DNA of 64,000 nucleotides from Candidatus Sericytochromatia bacterium (lineage in GTDB: Bacteria; Cyanobacteriota; Sericytochromatia; UBA7694): positions 171,074 to 235,073 of the forward strand of contig CAWCRG010000017.1 of assembly GCA_963797915.1 (NCBI GenBank). Reading direction: 5' to 3'. The translations under genes and the position numbers were made by a program. Under the pieces are notes generated by a model, which saw only the letters and a list, made by a program, of their open reading frames with translations, made no database searches and was not told where the DNA came from. Positions 10,559 through 19,792 of this stretch are shown here, one piece after another; position 1 is the stretch's first letter, and every line of letters starts with the position of its first letter.

Positions 10559-11356
10559 TTAGGCGGTTTTATGAGCTTCTTTGCGCCAAAAAATCGCTGC
10601 GGCATCAATGCGCTCCACGGGGGCTTTAATCTGGTGGGCGCTGCGGTATTCTCTGACGGCCCGCCGACACCCTTCAAAAATATAGTAATCATCAATAATC
10701 ACAAAGCCGCCGGTCACTACTTTGGGGTAAAGATATTTCAGGGTACAGGCGGTAGAGTCATAAAAGTCACTGTCTAGCCTGAGCAAAGCCAGGTTTTTGA
10801 CAGGGGCTTCCGCCAGGGTTTCTTCAAAAAAGCCGGGCAGAAAACGCACCTGATCATCGAGCAGCTGATAGCGCGCAAACAGGGCTTTAACCTCAGCCAG
10901 GCTGGCGGCCTGGCGATTAAACTCTTCAGGGTTTTCAATGCCGTGCGCCGCCAGCTCAGCCTCAGGAAAGCCCTGAAAGGAGTCGGCGACCCAAACGGTT
11001 CTTTGGGTGTTTTGCAGAGCGTTGAGTACAGCGCGCATTAAAATACAGGCACCGCCTCGCAGTACACCCGCCTCTAAAAGGTCGCCCGTAACCCCTTCGC
11101 GTTCTAAGGTTTCAATGGCCGTTTGTAGCTGCCCCATGCGTTTTAAGCCGATCAGCGTATGGGCGTTTTGAGAGTCAATTAAGCCTTCTGCTTTTAAAGC
11201 TTCATAATCGTTCAGGGTTACTTTTTCACCGGTATGTAAGCGGGTATAGGTATAGGGGTGAAAGTGGTGCCTTCGGGCCGCGTCACTATCGTATAAAAAA
11301 TCGCCCAGAGAACGTTTTATCAGCTCCAGGTAAGCACTATAGAGGTGAGATTGCAT
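10559..11356 (-). CDS. TylF/MycF-family SAM-dependent O-methyltransferase
   Basis: The GVLRGGACILMRAVL (SAM-binding) and WVADSFQGFPE motifs are typical of the macrocin O-methyltransferase family. The track ORF is trimmed to the internal Met (MQSHLYS...). Confidence 0.55.
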   Translation of the reverse strand: MQSHLYSAYLELIKRSLGDFLYDSDAARRHHFHPYTYTRLHTGEKVTLNDYEALKAEGLIDSQNAHTLIGLKRMGQLQTAIETLEREGVTGDLLEAGVLRGGACILMRAVLNALQNTQRTVWVADSFQGFPEAELAAHGIENPEEFNRQAASLAEVKALFARYQLLDDQVRFLPGFFEETLAEAPVKNLALLRLDSDFYDSTACTLKYLYPKVVTGGFVIIDDYYIFEGCRRAVREYRSAHQIKAPVERIDAAAIFWRKEAHKTA

Positions 11357-11361
11357 CTGTC

Positions 11362-11751
11362 CTAGTTGGCATCCATAAACGTTTCGATATAGCCAAACTT
11401 CCAGCCGTTGGTTTCTTGAATCATGCGCAGGTGTACCCCTGATGGGGAGCACTTGACCAAAATTTCCCCTTCGGATTCAGCCAGGGACTGATACTGCTGT
11501 TGGATCCACTGGTTGAGATCTAGAGATTCTGCAAAGTGTTTCCAGTAGGTAATGGCCGGCTCTTTGGCGCCGGCAAAGGCGATTTCTAAGCTTGAGATGG
11601 TGTCGTGGGTGAGATTTTGGGCCAGTAAACGCACAATGACGCTTTGACTGCGGCGGGAAAGGAGTGTCCATACTTTATCATAATGGTTGTGTTGTAAAGC
11701 CTGGAAGAAATCGAGCGGTATACGGGCTGCAGCAAGGGTCGCCATAATCAA
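11362..11751 (-). CDS. hypothetical protein
   Basis: A 129-aa ORF in an operon between the TPR protein and the TylF-like methyltransferase. Confidence 0.3.
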   Translation of the reverse strand: MIMATLAAARIPLDFFQALQHNHYDKVWTLLSRRSQSVIVRLLAQNLTHDTISSLEIAFAGAKEPAITYWKHFAESLDLNQWIQQQYQSLAESEGEILVKCSPSGVHLRMIQETNGWKFGYIETFMDAN

Positions 11752-11766
11752 AGTGTCCTTTATGTT

Positions 11767-13131
11767 TTAAACGCCCGGGGCGTGGCGTAAGTGGTGCTGA
11801 AGGTAAACACTCCAACGGTGTAAGTGTAGCGCATTTTGCAGCGGGTCTTGTCCTGATTTTAAAAGCAAGGTGCCGGTAAAGCAGGGGTCTGCAGGGGTGT
11901 CCTGCCAGATCAATTCATTTTCACCATAAAGCGTCCAGCTTAAAGAGGGCTTTTTCAGGATACGGCAGGCGAGCGCCGTTTCTACCGCTGTACTCTGGCG
12001 ATCTGCGCCAGCATGTAGCAAAAGATCTGCTGAGATTTTTTGCAATAAGGTGGGCAGATGGCTGGGTTGTGCTCTATGTATTTCGGCTTTTAGTCCGTCC
12101 ATGGGTACGGCCAGAGCATGGCAAAGCACCACGTGAATTTGCCAGGTGCGGTTCGGTAAGCTGCGCAGGTGTTGCAAATAAAGTGGCCACAAGGGCAACG
12201 CGCTTTCATGCATAACGCAAACGAGATTCAGTCTCGGATGTTGGTGAACGGGAAGGTCTGGCGCAGTGGGAGCAAGGGAAGAAGCGGGTGTGCCCAGCAG
12301 ATATGCGTTCACCACAGGCTGTAACCCATATTTTTGCCAGGCCAATAAACGGGGGGCTTGCGCCAGACTGAGGCCTTCGATGGGCGGTTGCTGTTGCAGA
12401 TGTTCTTTGAAGGACTGCTGTACTTCAGGGGACGCTTCTAAAGATAAATAGAGGGGCTTTAAGGCCTGAGAGAGCTCAGACGGAGGGCCCGATGTGTTTA
12501 AAAGTGCGAGGGCCCGATCATCATCTCTTTGCTCATGGGCCAATTGTAGGCCCAGCGCGATGGCATCAATCCACTGCTCCCGCTGGGTTAGCTCCTGCGG
12601 CTGGGCGCTCAGGTGTTGTAAAACGGTGTTTAAAAGCGGGGCGACGACCCGGTGCTGGTTCTGCCAGAGCAGGGTGCGCGCCAAAGAAAGCAAGGCCAGA
12701 AGATCTGTCGATAGAGTGCAGGCGCGCGCAAAGTGTGCTGTTGCGGCGGCTTGCGCATCGGGTGCTTCTTGTTGGGCATACAGAAGTCCCAGATGCAGAT
12801 GGGCTTCGGCATAATCAGAGTTAATGGAGAGGGCCTGTTGCCAGTATTTAATCGCCAGGGTTTCGGCCTGTTGTTGCGCGGCGATAGTTCCCAATCGAAA
12901 CCACGCTTCTTGAATATCTGGCTGCCGTTCGAGCACCTGCTCGTAATAGCTAATGGCGTCGGTGAAGTTATGCTGCTGTTCTGCAATTTCGGCCCGTTGA
13001 AACCAGGCTTCCACGCAGGTCGGCCATTGTTGTGTAATTTGAGAAAACTGTTCTGCAGCTTGCTCCAGTTGGCCTGATACATAGGCCTGCATGGCATGAT
13101 GAAATTGGTGCTCAAGTTCGGCCTGTAACAT
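11767..13131 (-). CDS. TPR repeat protein with an uncharacterised ~190-aa C-terminal domain
   Basis: The N-terminal TPR units read ...AEAHLHLGLLYAQQEAPDAQAAATAHFARA.... The C-terminal domain is Cys/His-containing and of unknown family. Confidence 0.55.
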   Translation of the reverse strand: MLQAELEHQFHHAMQAYVSGQLEQAAEQFSQITQQWPTCVEAWFQRAEIAEQQHNFTDAISYYEQVLERQPDIQEAWFRLGTIAAQQQAETLAIKYWQQALSINSDYAEAHLHLGLLYAQQEAPDAQAAATAHFARACTLSTDLLALLSLARTLLWQNQHRVVAPLLNTVLQHLSAQPQELTQREQWIDAIALGLQLAHEQRDDDRALALLNTSGPPSELSQALKPLYLSLEASPEVQQSFKEHLQQQPPIEGLSLAQAPRLLAWQKYGLQPVVNAYLLGTPASSLAPTAPDLPVHQHPRLNLVCVMHESALPLWPLYLQHLRSLPNRTWQIHVVLCHALAVPMDGLKAEIHRAQPSHLPTLLQKISADLLLHAGADRQSTAVETALACRILKKPSLSWTLYGENELIWQDTPADPCFTGTLLLKSGQDPLQNALHLHRWSVYLQHHLRHAPGV

Positions 13132-13196
13132 TGTCTATCCTCTTTGGGTGGGCTCACAGGTTCTGACCGTGTAAGTTTCTACATTACCACAAATAT

Positions 13197-14003
13197 TTAT
13201 ACCTTCCAACGGTGGACGACACAAGCCCCTTCACCGGTTTTGTTTAAGGTCTCGGTGAGGCGTTTTCTACCGGTTTCCACATGGGTATCTTCTTGCTCGA
13301 TGCTGATGGAACATCGCCCTAAGCGCGCACAGACCGTGGCGGTGGTAAAAGTGCCCGCAAAGGGGTCCAATACACGGTCACCCGGGTTGCTGCTGGCGAG
13401 AATAATACGCTCCAGGAGAGCTTCCGGTTTTTGTGACGGATGGGGACGATATTCGGCCATTTTATAGCGTACCCGAGGAAAGCTCCAAACGTTGCCCGGT
13501 ACTTTGGTGGTGTTGTAGACCCGTGGTGTCTTGCTGCGGTAATCAATCAGCTTGCGTTGCGCGCCGGTTTTGGCTTCTACGCTAATGTCATCGCTATTAA
13601 AGACGTAGTTTTTAGAATCGCGAACGCAGTGTAAAAGCGGCTCATAGAGAGATCCGTAATGCTTTTTGGCCTGGCGGCCGGAGCTGTCATAGCACCACAC
13701 AATGCGAGAGAGAATATGAATTTTATCGCGGAGGTAGATATCAAAAAAGGGCATGTATTGTGTCGCTGACATGAGATATAAGCTACCGTTGGGGGCCAGT
13801 TTTTGAAGGCAGAGATCGATCCATTGGTAGCACCAGTCCAGATAGGCTTGCGCTGATGTCCAACGGTCTTTACATTGGCCAAAATCCTTGCCAATATTGT
13901 AGGGTGGATCTATGAAAATTAAATCGATGCTTTGATCGGGGATTTCGGGTAACCACTTGAGGGTGTCACCGACATAAATTAAAGGGTCAGAAAGCTTATC
14001 CAT
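13197..14003 (-). CDS. DNA methyltransferase, beta class (N6-adenine or N4-cytosine; motif IV DPPY before motif I)
   Basis: DLIFIDPPYNIG lies near the N-terminus and RVLDPFAGTFTTATV (FxGxG) near the C-terminus. The start is set at MDKLSDPL (ATG at 14003); the 70-aa N-terminal extension in the track ORF is rejected. Confidence 0.75.
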   Translation of the reverse strand: MDKLSDPLIYVGDTLKWLPEIPDQSIDLIFIDPPYNIGKDFGQCKDRWTSAQAYLDWCYQWIDLCLQKLAPNGSLYLMSATQYMPFFDIYLRDKIHILSRIVWCYDSSGRQAKKHYGSLYEPLLHCVRDSKNYVFNSDDISVEAKTGAQRKLIDYRSKTPRVYNTTKVPGNVWSFPRVRYKMAEYRPHPSQKPEALLERIILASSNPGDRVLDPFAGTFTTATVCARLGRCSISIEQEDTHVETGRKRLTETLNKTGEGACVVHRWKV

Positions 14004-14052
14004 ACTTCTCAGGATAGCAAACCCTGAACGCGATATATCATGATAGAGACGA

Positions 14053-15822
14053 ATGACTAGAAAGCTAATCTTTATGAAAACAGAGACCCTCATTATCGGA
14101 GCCGGCCTGGCCGGACTGACCTGCGCCCGCGCCCTGCAAGAAGTCGGCCACGATTTTTTGTTGGTGGAAGCCGAAGGCGAGCCGGGAGGTCGGGTGCGAA
14201 CGCAAAACAAAGCCGGTTTTTTATTGGATCGGGGCTTTCAGATCTTTTTAGAAGCCTACCCTGAGCCACAACGGTGGTTGGACTATGATGCTCTGCACCT
14301 CAAGGCTTTTTATCCGGGGGCACAAATTATGCGGGATCAGGGGCCTGTACTTTTGGGCGATCCCCTCCGTAAACCCCAGGACTTCTTGTCTACCGCTCTG
14401 GCCCAGGTGGGAACACCCCTCGATAAAGTAAGGGTTTTGGCCTTGCGCTCTTATACGCAAATGCGCAGTCTTGAGCAGCTATGGCAAGGACGCGAAACGT
14501 CTACGTTGGCGTGTCTTCAACAATGGGGTTTCTCAGATGCCTTTATTCAACAGTTTTTTAAGCCGTTTTTAGGTGGCGTCTTTTTAGACCCGAGTCTTAG
14601 TACCAGCTCATATATGCTGTATTTTGTGATGAAAATGTTTGCCGAAGGGCGGGCTGTCATCCCCGCCAAAGGCATGCAGCAGATTCCGCTTCAATTGGCA
14701 CGGTGGATTCCCGAATCGCAAATGCTTTACCATTGCAGGGTGACAGCGTTAGTCTCTCAGGGAGATGGCGGCAGTCAATGGCACAAGTTGCGCTTACAGA
14801 GAGAAGGGCTTACCCTGGATTGCGAAGCCCGTCAGCTCGTGGTGGCTACTGATGCTTTTCAAGCCCAGCAATTATTGGGAGCTAAAATGCAGCCGCGCCA
14901 GTTTCACGGCAGCCGCACGCTCTACTTTGCCAGTGCAGAGTCGCCGGTGGATCGACCGGTGCTGGTGTTAAATGGAGAGGGCAAAGGGCCCGTGAATAAT
15001 CTTGTGAACTTAAGCCTGGTGTCTGCCGCTTACGCACCGTCAGGACAGCATCTGCTCAGCTTAAGTGTTTTAGGCGATGCGGCCCAGTGGCCCCAGGAAA
15101 TGCTCATCGACGCCGTGCGGGAGCAAATGCACCGTTGGTTCGGTCGTCCCTGTGACTGGACCTTACTCGAAGATATGTGGTTGCCTCACAGCTTACCCGT
15201 ACAGAACCCGCCTTTACTTTCTCAACCTTCCCGTACACCGGGGCACACCAGTGCTGGTATTGTGGTGGGCGGTGACCATACCGAAACCGGCTCTATTCAA
15301 GGCGCCATGAAAGCAGGCCGCTTAATGGCCCAGGCCGTGCCTGAAATCGGCAGGAGTTGCCGTATGAGTGGGAGCAGCGCGTTTATTTTGCATCTGGGGG
15401 CCACCCTTTTTATGACCGGAGTCATTTGGGTGATTCAGCTGGTGCATTATCCTTTGTTTAACCGGGTCAGTCCAGAAAACTTTGTTGCTTTTGAGGCTGC
15501 CCATAGTTACTGGATCACCTGGGTTGTGCTCCCCCCTATGGTGACGCAACTCTTGACGGCCTTTTTCTTGCTCTGGCGTCCGCCCACTTTTCTGCCGCTC
15601 TGGATGCTCTGGGTGGGGGCGGCATTAACGGTGGGCACATGGGCTTCTACTTTTGTTTTATCTGTACCCCAGCATCAGCGTTTGTCCATGGGGTTTGATG
15701 CTCATGCGCACCAACTTCTGGTGAGTACCAACTGGGTACGTAACGGATGCTGGACACTTCACAGTGTGCTGCTCTTGTATTGCCTAAGCGACCTGTTGCG
15801 GGGATTGCAAAATAAGATTTGA
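14053..15822 (+). CDS. FAD/NAD(P)-dependent oxidoreductase (amine-oxidase/desaturase-like) fused to a C-terminal ~150-aa 4-TM domain
   Basis: The N-terminus has a Rossmann GxGxxG (LIIGAGLAGLTCA ... EAEGEPGGRV). The C-terminus from about aa 440 is hydrophobic (HLGATLFMTGVIWVIQLVHYPLF...). Confidence 0.6.
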   Translation: MTRKLIFMKTETLIIGAGLAGLTCARALQEVGHDFLLVEAEGEPGGRVRTQNKAGFLLDRGFQIFLEAYPEPQRWLDYDALHLKAFYPGAQIMRDQGPVLLGDPLRKPQDFLSTALAQVGTPLDKVRVLALRSYTQMRSLEQLWQGRETSTLACLQQWGFSDAFIQQFFKPFLGGVFLDPSLSTSSYMLYFVMKMFAEGRAVIPAKGMQQIPLQLARWIPESQMLYHCRVTALVSQGDGGSQWHKLRLQREGLTLDCEARQLVVATDAFQAQQLLGAKMQPRQFHGSRTLYFASAESPVDRPVLVLNGEGKGPVNNLVNLSLVSAAYAPSGQHLLSLSVLGDAAQWPQEMLIDAVREQMHRWFGRPCDWTLLEDMWLPHSLPVQNPPLLSQPSRTPGHTSAGIVVGGDHTETGSIQGAMKAGRLMAQAVPEIGRSCRMSGSSAFILHLGATLFMTGVIWVIQLVHYPLFNRVSPENFVAFEAAHSYWITWVVLPPMVTQLLTAFFLLWRPPTFLPLWMLWVGAALTVGTWASTFVLSVPQHQRLSMGFDAHAHQLLVSTNWVRNGCWTLHSVLLLYCLSDLLRGLQNKI

Positions 15823-15904
15823 CGAATGGTGTCTAAAGGCGTATTATAGTAAAAATATTGAATTATTTTAATATTAAAGTAAAAAATTCAAAAGGAAATA
15901 AAAA

Positions 15905-16492
15905 ATGAAACTTAAAACCGGTTTAAAAACCCTTCTGCACACAGCGCTGTTTGCTGTGATGCTTTCTCCAGCGGCTCTTGCGGCAGATACTTATGAAATT
16001 GATACCGTACATTCCCACGCCATTTATAAAATCAAACATTTAGATGTCGGCTTTCAGTATGGCCGTTTCAAAGAAATGAAGGGCATGGTGATGATGGATG
16101 AAAAAAATCCAGAGAACAGCCGTGTTCAAGTGGTTATTCCCACCGCCAGTATTGATTCCAATCACCCCAAGCGCGACGAGCACTTAAAAAGTCCTGATTT
16201 CTTTGATGCCCGTAAATTCCCCACGCTAGAATTCAAAAGTACCAAGGTAAAGAAACTATCGGCCAATATTTATGAAGTATTGGGCAATTTGACCATGCAC
16301 GGAGTCACCAAGCCCATCACCTTTAAACTGATGAAAACCGGTGAAGGCAAAGGCATGCAGGGTGAATACCGCATGGGTGGCGAAGCGACCCTGTCGATTA
16401 ATCGCAGTGACTTTGGTATGAAATATATGCTGCCCAATGGTTTGAGTGACAAAGTGGACATTATGTTGGCTTTTGAAGGCATAAAACAGTAG
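15905..16492 (+). CDS. YceI-family periplasmic protein
   Basis: A signal peptide plus the YceI-like pattern (YEIDTVHSHAIYKIKHL ... PTLEFKSTKV). An AT-rich promoter region and an AAGGAAA RBS lie upstream. Confidence 0.8.
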   Translation: MKLKTGLKTLLHTALFAVMLSPAALAADTYEIDTVHSHAIYKIKHLDVGFQYGRFKEMKGMVMMDEKNPENSRVQVVIPTASIDSNHPKRDEHLKSPDFFDARKFPTLEFKSTKVKKLSANIYEVLGNLTMHGVTKPITFKLMKTGEGKGMQGEYRMGGEATLSINRSDFGMKYMLPNGLSDKVDIMLAFEGIKQ

Positions 16493-16518
16493 TCTCGGTA
16501 TAGATTCGGGGCACTCTC

Positions 16519-17382
16519 ATGGCCATTGTATGGAGTATGCTGCTTTCCTTAGGCAGCGTACTGCTGTGCGGTGGCTTTTGCTATGGCTTATTCAGTCTTC
16601 CTTTGTTTCAAAAAAGCCGCAGACGCTCATTTCCCCTGAGTGTCGCCACTCTCGTGGGCTTTTGGGGGGGCTACGCTTATATGTATCAAGAGCTCCTGCC
16701 GGGCTTTCCTCCCGTTGACGTTAGCCTATGGTGGGTATATAGCTTGCCCGTGCTCGCGATGCTGGCCTATTGGCCCAGCGGCGTCATGCTGGTGCTTTTA
16801 AGTGGTGGGTATGCCTATTTATTAACGGGCCCTTTGCGACAATACGAATGGTCGATGATACAGGCCATTGCCTTTTCATTGGCGGTGTCGGTCATTATGG
16901 GGCTCTTGCCTTTGGGCATAAATCGCGTATTGCAAAGCGCTATACCTTCTGAAAAAAAGGCGCTACTCTGGCCCGTGGTTATGGCAGTCACCAGTTTGGG
17001 GAGCGCCGTTATTTTTGTGTTGAGCAGTAGTGCCAGTCTTGCGCAACAGGCTTTGTTTTTGCTGGTGGTTCAAGCCCTGTGGTTGTTTCACTGGCTTCAC
17101 CGTTCTGCCGCTGATGCGCCAGACATAAAAGGCACCGTCATTATCAACGTTTGGTTATTGCTGATGCTTTGGTTGAATATGCTGGTGTTTGCTTCACTTT
17201 CTTACGTGGCGCTGGTGGGGCTTTTGGCACTTTTCTCGCCTTGGGTATTACGTTTTAAGCCGCTTGCAGAGGCTTCTCTTTTTAAACAATGCTTGACGGT
17301 AACTTTAGGTTCTGGTTTATGCTTAGCAATAGCGGCTGCCTGCCTGTTTTTGTTTCAGTCTCAGGCCGGCGTGTACTACTAA
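16519..17382 (+). CDS. polytopic membrane protein, hypothetical
   Basis: About 8 TM helices and no recognised motif. Confidence 0.35.
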   Translation: MAIVWSMLLSLGSVLLCGGFCYGLFSLPLFQKSRRRSFPLSVATLVGFWGGYAYMYQELLPGFPPVDVSLWWVYSLPVLAMLAYWPSGVMLVLLSGGYAYLLTGPLRQYEWSMIQAIAFSLAVSVIMGLLPLGINRVLQSAIPSEKKALLWPVVMAVTSLGSAVIFVLSSSASLAQQALFLLVVQALWLFHWLHRSAADAPDIKGTVIINVWLLLMLWLNMLVFASLSYVALVGLLALFSPWVLRFKPLAEASLFKQCLTVTLGSGLCLAIAAACLFLFQSQAGVYY

Positions 17383-17407
17383 TCTGTGACGACAAGGAGC
17401 GTTTCTC

Positions 17408-18206
17408 ATGAAACAGCGTTTTCGGTTTGTTTCGCGTCTACTGATCGCGAGCTTGTGTCTTCTGCTTATCGCTTGTCAAGCTATCGTGCCTGCACAGTTT
17501 GATTCCGTGACCGGTCAGCGTCTCAAAGCGCAAAGTGTCGGCCGCTTTCGTGTGCAAATGGAAACCTCAAGCCTATGGTGAAGAAGTGGTCAGCGATTTG
17601 GAGTCCATGGGACAATCGCTGACTCAGGCGCTCAATGCGCGCTATCTCTTTCCGAAAGGTGATGTACAAGCTGTTTTTCAGGATTGTGGTTTTGCCAATG
17701 CCTATTATCGACCGGCGACCTCTACCATTGGCATGTGTTATGAAATGTATCGCAGTTTACAAGAACAGTTTAATCCCCAGGACGCGCTGGAGGTTTTTCG
17801 TTTTATTTTTTTACACGAGTTGGGCCATGCCTTGATCGATCAATTTGATCTGCCTATTCTGGGGGGAGAAGAAGATGCCGCTGACGCACTGGCTACGGTG
17901 CTTCTTATTGAAGGCGGCGCTCCTTCACGGGCGGCGGTACTTGCCGGTGTTAAATTTTTTGATCTCTATCGCTCAGGCCTAAGCAACAACTGGGCCGGTG
18001 TACATGCTGTTGGCCCTCAGCGCATGTTTAATCTGGTGTGCTGGGGAGCTGGTGGCGAAGCGGGTGTTTTAAATAATCGAACTATTGCTGCCTTGTACCG
18101 AGAAGCCGTTCGTAGTGGGCGAGACTGCGATAAAGAATACCTCAGGCAGAAGGGTTCTGTGATGGATTTGCTGGCGCCTTTTGTAATAGCGGAAGAGACG
18201 CTTTAA
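17408..18206 (+). pseudogene. DUF4344-like putative Zn-metallopeptidase lipoprotein, frame-shifted near 17535-17580
   Basis: The 17408-17580 frame encodes a lipoprotein signal (LLIACQA). The 17535-18206 frame carries an HELGHAL (HExxH) motif plus a DUF4344-like pattern. The two are in different frames and overlap by 46 nt. Confidence 0.45.
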
Positions 18207-19221
18207 TCGACGTGATATAGCGTTCGAGTTCGTGACTTTGCGTAAATAACGTCATTTCTTTAAATCGAGGATCCTCACTTGAGGCACCATTAACGTTGTG
18301 AATGGCAATGCCCAACACTTGTTTGGGAAAGGTTTTCTGTATCGTTGCATAAATTTCAGGATCCTTTTCACCATTGTCACCCACCAGTAAAAACTGGCGC
18401 TTAGGAAAGCGTTGTAATAGCTTTTGTAGGCGCTGTAGCTTATAAGTGCTCGAAGAAAGAATCGCGTCAGTACCCGCTCCAAGGCCCCAATGCCTAAGAT
18501 CCATTGAGCCCTCTGGAAATCCCTGATGCTTTATAAATGAGCGCAAGCGCTGATGTAAATTAATCGGGCTTCCTGAAAGGTAATGGAAGCCAAATCCCTC
18601 CTGCTGTAGGCTCTTATAAATACTGGCCATGCCCGGTACCGCTTTCGCGGTAAGTCCATTGCTGAACAAGAGTGCTTTGAGCATTTTCATCCGACGGGTG
18701 ACCTGGGTCTGCAGGATCGTATCATCAATATCAGAGATAACTCCTAAAGAAGCGTATTGCGTCGGAAGAATAAAAACCTCGGCCGTGCTGGGCCGTGCCT
18801 TGTGAAAGGCGTTTTCGGGTAAGTGTGCCGTGACCGGATAAATGCCCGGTATAAGGGGGTGCTCTGGCGTTATTTCCAGCTCAAAAAGTCCCTCATTATC
18901 GGTGCGTACTGTATAGTCTTGTCCCTGAAAGTTAATCGTTACATCTAAGTCGATGACTTCATCGCTTTCCAGGGCATGCCAGGTGCGTTTTAAATTGACC
19001 CACCAGGAGTCAGCAATTTCGAGGGGAACGTCCGTTGGCTTTTTTTCCAGCGCGCGTCCGCGAATAAAAACGGTTTCTGGAGGACTGTAGGTGTTATACA
19101 TATCTAAACGGATGCTTAGCGGTTGAGCGGCGAGTTTTCCGACGATTTTCTGGGTGATTTTTCGGCCAAGGGCAGGCTTAAGTAGTTGTCCTAAAGGGGG
19201 GGGACAATAAAAAGGGGACAT
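18142..19221 (-). CDS. App1-like/DUF2183 phosphatase-domain protein (HAD-like, lipin/LNS2-related)
   Basis: ISDIDDTIL (DxDxT) and LLVGDNGEKDPEIY motifs are present. The 3' ends overlap convergently with the upstream gene. Confidence 0.55.
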   Translation of the reverse strand: MSPFYCPPPLGQLLKPALGRKITQKIVGKLAAQPLSIRLDMYNTYSPPETVFIRGRALEKKPTDVPLEIADSWWVNLKRTWHALESDEVIDLDVTINFQGQDYTVRTDNEGLFELEITPEHPLIPGIYPVTAHLPENAFHKARPSTAEVFILPTQYASLGVISDIDDTILQTQVTRRMKMLKALLFSNGLTAKAVPGMASIYKSLQQEGFGFHYLSGSPINLHQRLRSFIKHQGFPEGSMDLRHWGLGAGTDAILSSSTYKLQRLQKLLQRFPKRQFLLVGDNGEKDPEIYATIQKTFPKQVLGIAIHNVNGASSEDPRFKEMTLFTQSHELERYITSIKASLPLLQKAPANPSQNPSA

Positions 19222-19308
19222 GGTTACCTCCGCGGAGCACTTTAGCGTAACAGGGCATAAAATACTGTAAAACCGAAATTAAAAAATGCTAAAAAAAGGG
19301 TGGCAATG

Positions 19309-19338
19309 GCATTTACACGCATGAAACGCTACTGATAT
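19309..19338 (+). promoter_or_regulatory. sigma70-type promoter for tRNA-Leu (TTTACA-N18-TATACT)
   Basis: TTTACAcgcatgaaacgctactgaTATACT ends 12 nt before the tRNA 5' end. Confidence 0.45.
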
Positions 19339-19350
19339 ACTGCCTTCTAT

Positions 19351-19435
19351 GCCGTGGTGGCGGAATTGGCAGACGCGCTAGATTCAGGTTCTAGTGTTCA
19401 TTACGAACGTGAGGGTTCAAGTCCCTCCCACGGTA
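19351..19435 (+). tRNA. tRNA-Leu (anticodon CAG)
   Basis: Cloverleaf with a GCCGUGG/CCACGGU acceptor stem, GGTTCAAGTCC T-arm, long variable arm, anticodon loop TTCAGGT, discriminator A. Confidence 0.8.
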
Positions 19436-19459
19436 CTTGTATTAAATCCCCCCCTTTGA

Positions 19460-19485
19460 CCTCCGGAGTAGCCGGAGGTTTTTTT
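19460..19485 (+). terminator. rho-independent terminator after tRNA-Leu
   Basis: Hairpin CCTCCGG-agtag-CCGGAGG followed by T7. Confidence 0.6.
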
Positions 19486-19514
19486 GCGTCTGGTGTTTGC
19501 TTTTGCCCGCTGTG

Positions 19515-19787
19515 TTAGTGCCAGCCTATCTTCCAGTGCTCAGCATTTTTTAAGGCCTTCACGTTTATTTCATAGATCTGTCGGGTTAAGACCGCTTCGA
19601 TCTCAATAATTTCCGATTGTTTTCCCCGTTCTCTTTCATGCCAGCCCAAGACCACAAAGTGCTTATATGGGACGCCAGAGCGTTCTTGCTGAAGGGGGAG
19701 GGCGGTCCACTTGGAGCCGATAAGCTTCGCTTTACTAAATCGGTTCTGCGGGCCATTGCTATCGTTGGGTAGACGGTATCGCATCAC
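19515..19787 (-). CDS. small Trp-containing hypothetical protein downstream of fliR
   Basis: A 90-aa ORF 5 nt after the fliR stop. No recognised motif. Confidence 0.3.
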   Translation of the reverse strand: MMRYRLPNDSNGPQNRFSKAKLIGSKWTALPLQQERSGVPYKHFVVLGWHERERGKQSEIIEIEAVLTRQIYEINVKALKNAEHWKIGWH

Positions 19788-19792
19788 GACAA

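Noticed and set aside
12266-13157. Several 100-175-aa ORFs (12266-12451, 12492-12824, 12494-12814, 12630-13157, 12733-13077) overlapping the TPR gene on both strands
   Set aside because: They lie entirely inside a well-supported TPR coding region. They arise from GC/Ala-Arg-rich alternate frames and have no RBS or independent signal. They are spurious shadow ORFs.
14004-14210. 70-aa N-terminal extension of the DNA methyltransferase ORF
   Set aside because: The extension is low-complexity (Pro/Ser/Arg), overlaps the divergent oxidoreductase promoter, and the conserved MTase N-terminus begins at the internal Met MDKLSDPL.
19222-19500. tRNA-Leu flanked region as a possible genomic-island integration site
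   Set aside because: No integrase, direct repeat of the tRNA 3' end, IS element or abrupt composition change is visible. The adjacent genes are chromosomal flagellar and housekeeping genes.
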